From sequence record KU886222.1: 32,000 nt of DNA; one strand, 5' to 3'. Below the pieces are notes generated by a model, which was not told where the DNA came from, did no database searches, and saw only the letters and a list, made by a program, of their open reading frames with translations. Origin of the DNA: Erwinia phage vB_EamM_Special G. Positions 26,818 through 32,000 of this stretch are shown here, one piece after another. The translations under genes were made by a program, and so were the position numbers. How positions within the stretch are numbered: the first letter of the stretch is position 1; the number at the start of each line of letters is the position of its first letter.

Positions 26818-27198
26818 ATGAAACAGGTTGCTGCTAACGTAAATGTTCTTTCTGTCGATTATCGTTTCGGCGCTAAACAGATGGAGACCTACGCCAAGTT
26901 TATCACTGATGCATTAACGGCGGGTCGGAAAGTCTTTATCTATGCGGATAAAGAAGCGCGGGCAAAAGTGAATGAACTCTTTCCTAAAGTCCTCGGCCAG
27001 GAGGTGATGGAGAAGGTACTTGTTCGTGCCTACCCCATCAGTGAATTGACTGCGGTTAACGTCGGCCGGGGTATGTCCAACATGTCGGCTATCTTCATTA
27101 GTGAAACCGGGCGTTATACCGATCTGATCACGAAAACGTTTTCAGCCGTCAAAGACCATGATGCGTTGATTGTTGAATGCAGCGAAGTGGTGGCGTGA
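26818..27198 (+). CDS. Hypothetical protein
   Basis: 126-aa ORF. Confidence 0.65.
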   Translation: MKQVAANVNVLSVDYRFGAKQMETYAKFITDALTAGRKVFIYADKEARAKVNELFPKVLGQEVMEKVLVRAYPISELTAVNVGRGMSNMSAIFISETGRYTDLITKTFSAVKDHDALIVECSEVVA

Positions 27199-27548
27199 TG
27201 TCAAAGGCTAAAGCGGTCTGGGGTGATCTCTCATACGCCCTGCTCATTCTGGGTGCATGGCTTCTGTATATTGTCTTTGTTGGCTGGTGTGCTTATTTCT
27301 TCCCAGAGAAAACTATCATCAAGAACGATGAGGATTTGCTGGCGTACCAGGAAGGCGATGGGCGTTTCAATCGGTTTGTCAACGAAGCATTAGAGACGGT
27401 GATTGCTGACACGGAATGTTTATATCCCATCACAATCACTAAACGCGGGCATTGGTTCTTTGCCGCAGATATGTTTACTGTTCAGAATGCCAAGTGCATA
27501 AGTCAGGTTGGTCTCAATAATAACGTGACGACTACCCCGATCAGTTAA
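27198..27548 (+). CDS. N-terminally anchored membrane protein
   Basis: ATG overlapping previous TGA; YALLILGAWLLYIVFVGWCAYFF helix. Confidence 0.6.
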   Translation: MSKAKAVWGDLSYALLILGAWLLYIVFVGWCAYFFPEKTIIKNDEDLLAYQEGDGRFNRFVNEALETVIADTECLYPITITKRGHWFFAADMFTVQNAKCISQVGLNNNVTTTPIS

Positions 27549-27554
27549 GCCTCA

Positions 27555-27573
27555 AGGGAGGTAATCCCTCCCT
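27555..27573 (+). terminator. Hairpin AGGGAGG/CCTCCCT
   Basis: 7-bp perfect inverted repeat after stop; weak T content. Confidence 0.5.
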
Positions 27574-27605
27574 ATCACTCATTAACCTACTTGTGGAGAT
27601 TTGCC

Positions 27606-28022
27606 ATGACAACGTCGCGTACTGACTTGATTACTAGCCGGATCAAAGAAGCATTGAATGGGGTCCGGGTACAAACCAGTGAGCTGTATCATGAATCGAC
27701 TGATGTCGCATCGTTCGGTGCGGTAAAAACGGTGATGTTCTTTTGGAACGTAGCTGACAATGATTTAACTGCTGAGATGGTTGAGCGTGAAATCCTGGTC
27801 CGACTACAGACCGAGAACATTTACGTGGCCTTTCACAAAACCCGCCGGCGTGAAGGGGAGCGCTTAATCGCGGCCAGTATTGCCTGTAATCCGAATAACC
27901 CGAATTACACCTACGGCAACCTGCGGGGCTTCACCCAGATGTGGCTACAGAAAAGCTTCGGGGCAACGAAAGAACGTCTGCAGCAAAAGCAACGTGACAG
28001 CAATTTGTTTATTCGTCGTTAA
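27606..28022 (+). CDS. Hypothetical protein
   Basis: MTTSRTDLITSRIKEAL...; 138 aa. Confidence 0.65.
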   Translation: MTTSRTDLITSRIKEALNGVRVQTSELYHESTDVASFGAVKTVMFFWNVADNDLTAEMVEREILVRLQTENIYVAFHKTRRREGERLIAASIACNPNNPNYTYGNLRGFTQMWLQKSFGATKERLQQKQRDSNLFIRR

Positions 28023-28036
28023 TTAAGGAACGCGTG

Positions 28037-28762
28037 ATGGGTATTGATAATAAAAAGATCTTGGGTTTGGTGTTGAATGACTTTGTGGACATGTACATGC
28101 TACAGCTCAACAACAAGAACCGTGATGTCTGCATCAATGAGTTAAACTCGGGGTTGTGTGGTGTAGCGGCCATGTGCGTCGGGAATGTCATGCGTGAGCG
28201 CTACGGGGCAACTGACATCGACTGGGAGTCACACTGTTTGCACATGTGGCTGGTATTGGACGGTAAGCGCTACGACACCCTCTATCCGGAAGGTTATGAC
28301 GTCCCGGTGGTAGATGCCTGGTTACTGAAAGAGCAGAAATATAACAGCCATGTCATGGCCGGGGAAAGTGTCATCGATATTGAAGATAACAGTGGTTATG
28401 TGGCGGGCGGTTGGTGGGATTGTCTCTATCTCATCAAAGGCTGGTATGAGCGCTACGGTATGACGCCTCCTGCTTACGTTAAACGCATGATGACTAACTT
28501 ACGCGGTAATCATCTCCATCGCCGAGAGCGTCGTGCAGCACGCCGTTACCAGCTCGTGTTGAAAGCCCCGCTTCCCTCCTTTACCGATGAAGTGCGCACC
28601 AATACCGTATTGCCGATGACTCATTATTGGCACGGTGAGTTCGAAGGTAGCCAAGAGCGCGTCCTGGCACGTAAGCCGGGCATGCCGTCAGTGAAGACCT
28701 ATAAAAGCTTATTGAAGTATTACCGTGAGAAAGGTGTGCCTATCACACAGTACTTCTGTTAA
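28037..28762 (+). CDS. Hypothetical protein with possible papain/transglutaminase-like Cys-His motif
   Basis: NSGLCGVAAMCVGNVM and LHMWLVLDGKRYDTLYPEGYDVP. Confidence 0.65.
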   Translation: MGIDNKKILGLVLNDFVDMYMLQLNNKNRDVCINELNSGLCGVAAMCVGNVMRERYGATDIDWESHCLHMWLVLDGKRYDTLYPEGYDVPVVDAWLLKEQKYNSHVMAGESVIDIEDNSGYVAGGWWDCLYLIKGWYERYGMTPPAYVKRMMTNLRGNHLHRRERRAARRYQLVLKAPLPSFTDEVRTNTVLPMTHYWHGEFEGSQERVLARKPGMPSVKTYKSLLKYYREKGVPITQYFC

Positions 28763-28791
28763 TCAATCATTTACTAAGAAGGAAACGATTC

Positions 28792-28860
28792 ATGACGCTG
28801 AAGAGTAATGAACAATTAAATGCCGAAACCCCTGGTAATGATGACCAGTCACCAATCTAG
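28792..28860 (+). CDS. 22-aa possible micropeptide
   Basis: AAGGAAACGATTC before ATG; MTLKSNEQLNAETPGNDDQSPI. Confidence 0.25.
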   Translation: MTLKSNEQLNAETPGNDDQSPI

Positions 28861-28893
28861 TAATTAAATACTAGGCGGCGTAATCATATACGT

Positions 28894-28934
28894 AAAGGGG
28901 TCTGGTGAAAGCCATATCCCTTTTGGTTATGCTG
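28894..28934 (+). terminator. Imperfect hairpin AAAGGG..TGG/CCA..CCCTTT followed by TTATGCTG
   Basis: Inverted repeat with internal loop followed by TTATGCTG and a long T-run. Confidence 0.5.
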
Positions 28935-29030
28935 TCTTTTTTTTTTGGTTAAGAAATACTAGCCTTCTCCATTATATGCAATTTACACGATACACTTTTC
29001 TATTTATTACATCAGCAAGAGAGATAAGAC

Positions 29031-29174
29031 ATGAGCGCACCTGAAGAATTTGATATGGACGGCCTGGAATCACTGGATCTGGAAGGCGCTGAGAAAGCGG
29101 CAGAAGAGAAAGCAGCCGGCGGTGGCGAAGCCCTGTCTGATGGCGAAGCAGATTGCGAAGGTTGCAAGATCTAA
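29031..29174 (+). CDS. 47-aa acidic protein ending in DCEGCKI
   Basis: GAGA upstream; MSAPEEFDMDGLESLDLEGAEKAAEEKAAGGGEALSDGEADCEGCKI; not in supplied ORF track. Confidence 0.5.
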   Translation: MSAPEEFDMDGLESLDLEGAEKAAEEKAAGGGEALSDGEADCEGCKI

Positions 29175-29227
29175 ATGCTGTGATGTGAATCGGGTCTGAT
29201 ATGGGATCAGTTAACCGAGGAAACATC

Positions 29228-29527
29228 ATGAACATCTATCTTGTCCAACGCAAATCAGAGCCCCGTTACACACCGGATTCATTTATCGCTGTTGCAACAT
29301 CGACCGAAGAGGTGCTGATGATTCACCCTAGCTACTTTCAGGGAAAGAACACACCTGTGAAGTTCGACGAGGCAATGGCCGCCCTCTGGGCGAATGAGTT
29401 ATCTGATAGTCCAATGGATCATCAATGGGTTACCGATAAGAACGAGCTCGAGGTCACCTATCTGGGTGAGGCTGCGATGGAGTTCACCGACCCCACGATC
29501 ATTGAGATGTGGTACGGGTACGCCTGA
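29228..29527 (+). CDS. Hypothetical protein
   Basis: GAGGAAACATC before ATG; 99 aa. Confidence 0.6.
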   Translation: MNIYLVQRKSEPRYTPDSFIAVATSTEEVLMIHPSYFQGKNTPVKFDEAMAALWANELSDSPMDHQWVTDKNELEVTYLGEAAMEFTDPTIIEMWYGYA

Positions 29528-29534
29528 TCATACG

Positions 29535-29561
29535 GGGAGGCTTCGGCCTCCCTTTATGCCG
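29535..29561 (+). terminator. Hairpin GGGAGGC-TTCG-GCCTCCC followed by TTTATGCCG
   Basis: 7-bp perfect stem, TTCG loop, TTATGCCG. Confidence 0.8.
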
Positions 29562-29667
29562 GTCGTTATCCTATGACTTGTATTTGGCAGGTCTGAGGTG
29601 ACGTATGTTTAAACGTTTCATGTTCTATCTGTTCAGTAAGTTATTTGACCATAAAGGGGAGTACACC

Positions 29668-30216
29668 ATGTCCGAAGCAGTGAAAGATCAGCAAAGCAAT
29701 GATGTTAATGCAACCAACGATGTTGAGGTGCAGCCAACACCTGCTGAGACCTCTGCACCGGAACTGGCATCTAACGATGTGGTTGCCGCACCGGAAGCCG
29801 CAGGCGATGCCCGTCCTGAAGTCCAGGATACGGTAGAGTCGACGCCAGTGGTGATTGAACCGGTTGCAGTTGCTGAACCATCCGCACCTGTCGTGGCACC
29901 TGCTCCTGTTGCTGTACCTGCGGCTGAGCCAGCTCCCGCACCTGCAGCACCGACCACCCCGACCGACAGCGATAAGACTGAAGGCGAACCCGATACCAAT
30001 CGCTTCGACCATCTGGCCAGTACCCTGAAGAGTTTACTTCAGGTAGCCGGTCATGAGCTCGACGAAGCATTTGACGATGCAGTACCTTTGGCAAAACAGA
30101 TCGCTTCCAGTGACGAAGAGTTCGGTGACAAGCTGAAAGACATCCTTGTGGTTGTCGGCCGTGAATACGGCGAAGCTTTCCATCATTTCTTCAGCTATGC
30201 GAAGAAGCACATCTAA
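29668..30216 (+). CDS. Hypothetical protein with Pro/Ala-rich linker
   Basis: AAAGGGGAG before ATG; acidic N-terminus, PAPVAVPAAEPAPAPAAPTTP linker, C-terminal helical domain. Confidence 0.65.
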   Translation: MSEAVKDQQSNDVNATNDVEVQPTPAETSAPELASNDVVAAPEAAGDARPEVQDTVESTPVVIEPVAVAEPSAPVVAPAPVAVPAAEPAPAPAAPTTPTDSDKTEGEPDTNRFDHLASTLKSLLQVAGHELDEAFDDAVPLAKQIASSDEEFGDKLKDILVVVGREYGEAFHHFFSYAKKHI

Positions 30217-30224
30217 GAAAACAG

Positions 30225-30254
30225 GGGGTGGGATTTCCTGCCCCTTTTATGCCG
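30225..30254 (+). terminator. Hairpin GGGGTGGG/CCTGCCCC followed by TTATGCCG
   Basis: 8-bp stem including two G-T pairs, then TTTTATGCCG. Confidence 0.65.
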
Positions 30255-30294
30255 ATTATCTTATAACTGACTTACATCATTAAAGGGTTTTACC

Positions 30295-31260
30295 ATGACA
30301 GTTATTCAGCACGAGGCTATTGGTTATTGTGGGCATGCTATGATGGTGCACCAAATGGAAAAAGATCAAGTAACCATTAAGCAATACGCAAAGCAGTTGG
30401 AAGGTGCCGGGCTGGAGGCGTTTGATACCCCTTCGCACAAACTGGTACTGCAGGGCATGTCTGCTCGCTACGGCGATTACATGAAGCTTGGTTCTGGCCA
30501 GGAAGGCTTGGGAACAATGGTTCTGTTGGGGGTGGCTATCGGTGGTGGGGTAGCGGCATACAAGAAATTGATGCTGGCGAAAAACTCGCCGATTACAAAA
30601 GATATCAGTGATGTCTTGAGTAAGGTCACTGAAACCTATACCCCGAAATGGCTCGAAGGTAAAACCTCGGTTAATAAAGATGTGACTTGCGGAAAACTGA
30701 ATAAGTTATTCGGTGGGTCTGAGTTGTCAGTACTTGATACTGCAGCCATCAAATACGCCACCCAAGCTGAACGTGAAGCAAAAGCAGCTGGCGTATATTT
30801 GACAGGGGCGTGGAATAAAATAAAACCTCTGTTAGAGCGGTGGAAGAAAGCTGGTGAAGGGGAGGAGGATGAAGTCATCGAGCTAATGACTGATCTATAC
30901 CCAGAGCCACCTTACTCTACTATGCCTGCTATTCACGCCAATACCCCTGGCGGTAAAGGTGAAAAAGTTAAAGCTCTCTCAGAGGCTGAATACCCTAAAG
31001 CAGTTGCGTTATTGAAAGCACTCCTGAAAGCCGCCGAAGAAGTCGACGGGATGTCTTACGATATTGCCAATAGCGTTGGCTTTAAAGATCACTGGTACGA
31101 CGGCATCCCGGCCGATAAACGTGGTGAGGAACACGCATTCCAATACGGACACTACCGCTACTACCTTGACCATTATGGTGTAAAGACATGGAGTCAACAC
31201 GAAGCATTGATCAATGCTGCCCGCGGTGTCGAGGAATGGATCACCAAGTCATTTAAGTAA
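30295..31260 (+). CDS. Hypothetical protein
   Basis: AAAGGG before ATG; 321-aa ORF. Confidence 0.7.
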   Translation: MTVIQHEAIGYCGHAMMVHQMEKDQVTIKQYAKQLEGAGLEAFDTPSHKLVLQGMSARYGDYMKLGSGQEGLGTMVLLGVAIGGGVAAYKKLMLAKNSPITKDISDVLSKVTETYTPKWLEGKTSVNKDVTCGKLNKLFGGSELSVLDTAAIKYATQAEREAKAAGVYLTGAWNKIKPLLERWKKAGEGEEDEVIELMTDLYPEPPYSTMPAIHANTPGGKGEKVKALSEAEYPKAVALLKALLKAAEEVDGMSYDIANSVGFKDHWYDGIPADKRGEEHAFQYGHYRYYLDHYGVKTWSQHEALINAARGVEEWITKSFK

Positions 31261-31269
31261 TCGCTACGA

Positions 31270-31300
31270 GGGGAGGGATAACACCTCCCCTTTTATGCCG
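31270..31300 (+). terminator. Hairpin GGGGAGG/CCTCCCC followed by TTTTATGCCG
   Basis: 7-bp GC stem then TTATGCCG. Confidence 0.75.
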
Positions 31301-31344
31301 GGCGAGGAATCGTATAGGTGCTTTTGCCAACGAGGAATCTTATC

Positions 31345-32000
31345 GTGTTTGAAATGCTTTTAGGCGGTAGTCCGAATGGGAACTTGCCATTTGGGCAGTT
31401 GTTAGCCAAAACAACAACAGACTTTACAGTCCCTGCTGGAGTGACCGATATTTCCGGTGTTGCTATCGGTGGTGGGGGCGGGAACTCACGCGGCAATACC
31501 ATTGGTGGGTCAGGGGGTGATTTGCGCTGGCGGAATCACATTGCCGTTATTCCAGGTGAAGTGCTGTCACTTATTACCGGTGTGGTAACAGCGGCTGGGA
31601 AACCGGGCACCTCCAGTAAGATCATCCGTAAGTCAACCGGCGAAGTATTACTGGTCGCTAAAGGCGGTGACTCCACTGATGTATCAACACCGATCAATGG
31701 AGCTGATATAGGTGGCGGGAACGGTGGTGCTGGTACCAATCCATCAGGTGGTGGTGCTGGCGGGTATACCGGCAATGGTGGTAAAGGTGGTTCAGCTGCC
31801 GATGTTGATTCTGGCGGGGGTGGCGGCGGTAGCTCTTATACCTTCAGCGGAAACAGTTTTGGTTGTGGCGGTGGCGGTGTCTACCCTAACGGCAAAGGCG
31901 CTGATGGCGGCGCACCCCCTGTCAATACCGGCAGTCAGGCGTTTGGTGGTAAAGGGGGTTCTGGTGGTAATCCTGGTCAAAACACGAATGGGGGCTTATA
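31345..32000 (+). CDS. Glycine-rich tail fibre/adhesin-like protein, truncated by window end
   Basis: AGGA before GTG at 31345; open to window end: MFEMLLGGSPNGNLPFGQLLAKTTTDFTVPAGVTDISGVAIGGGGGNSRGN...; many Gly-Gly runs. Absent from the ORF track. Confidence 0.75.
   Translation, partial: MFEMLLGGSPNGNLPFGQLLAKTTTDFTVPAGVTDISGVAIGGGGGNSRGNTIGGSGGDLRWRNHIAVIPGEVLSLITGVVTAAGKPGTSSKIIRKSTGEVLLVAKGGDSTDVSTPINGADIGGGNGGAGTNPSGGGAGGYTGNGGKGGSAADVDSGGGGGGSSYTFSGNSFGCGGGGVYPNGKGADGGAPPVNTGSQAFGGKGGSGGNPGQNTNGGL

Noticed and set aside
29641-30012. Antisense ORFs opposite the Pro/Ala-rich gene (also 29688..29999 and 29771..30094)
   Set aside because: GC-skewed PA-rich codons suppress stops on the opposite strand; no independent evidence.
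1-32000. tRNA genes or CRISPR arrays
   Set aside because: No cloverleaf with a proper T-arm and no regularly spaced direct repeats were found by eye; tRNAscan-SE and a CRISPR finder were not run.

Overview
The window is a densely packed, single-direction (+ strand) stretch of a large tailed-phage genome, probably a jumbo phage of an enterobacterial or related host. Recognisable genes are a truncated HNH endonuclease, a Rv2179c-like 3'-5' exonuclease, an enlarged thymidylate synthase, an HD-domain hydrolase, a beta-helix tail spike, a KptA/Tpt1-type RNA 2'-phosphotransferase, class Ia ribonucleotide reductase beta subunit (nrdB), a NUMOD4/HNH/NUMOD1 homing endonuclease, a YgiB-like DUF1190 lipoprotein, an orphan HigA-like antitoxin/HTH protein, a MazG-like protein, and the 5' part of a glycine-rich adhesin-like gene. 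The rest are small proteins of unknown function. Two observations stand out. (1) A homing endonuclease gene lies immediately after an intact nrdB and is followed by a second, diverged, in-frame copy of the last 25 codons plus stop of nrdB, a scar of insertion or coconversion. (2) About a dozen intergenic regions share one composite module: a strong GC-rich hairpin followed directly by TTATGCC(G). This looks like a terminator fused to a TATG-type late promoter as described for phiKZ-like phages. A 47-aa acidic ORF ending in DCEGCKI, resembling the C-terminal redox tail of NrdA, is also worth checking. All family names come from pattern recognition by eye; no database search was run.
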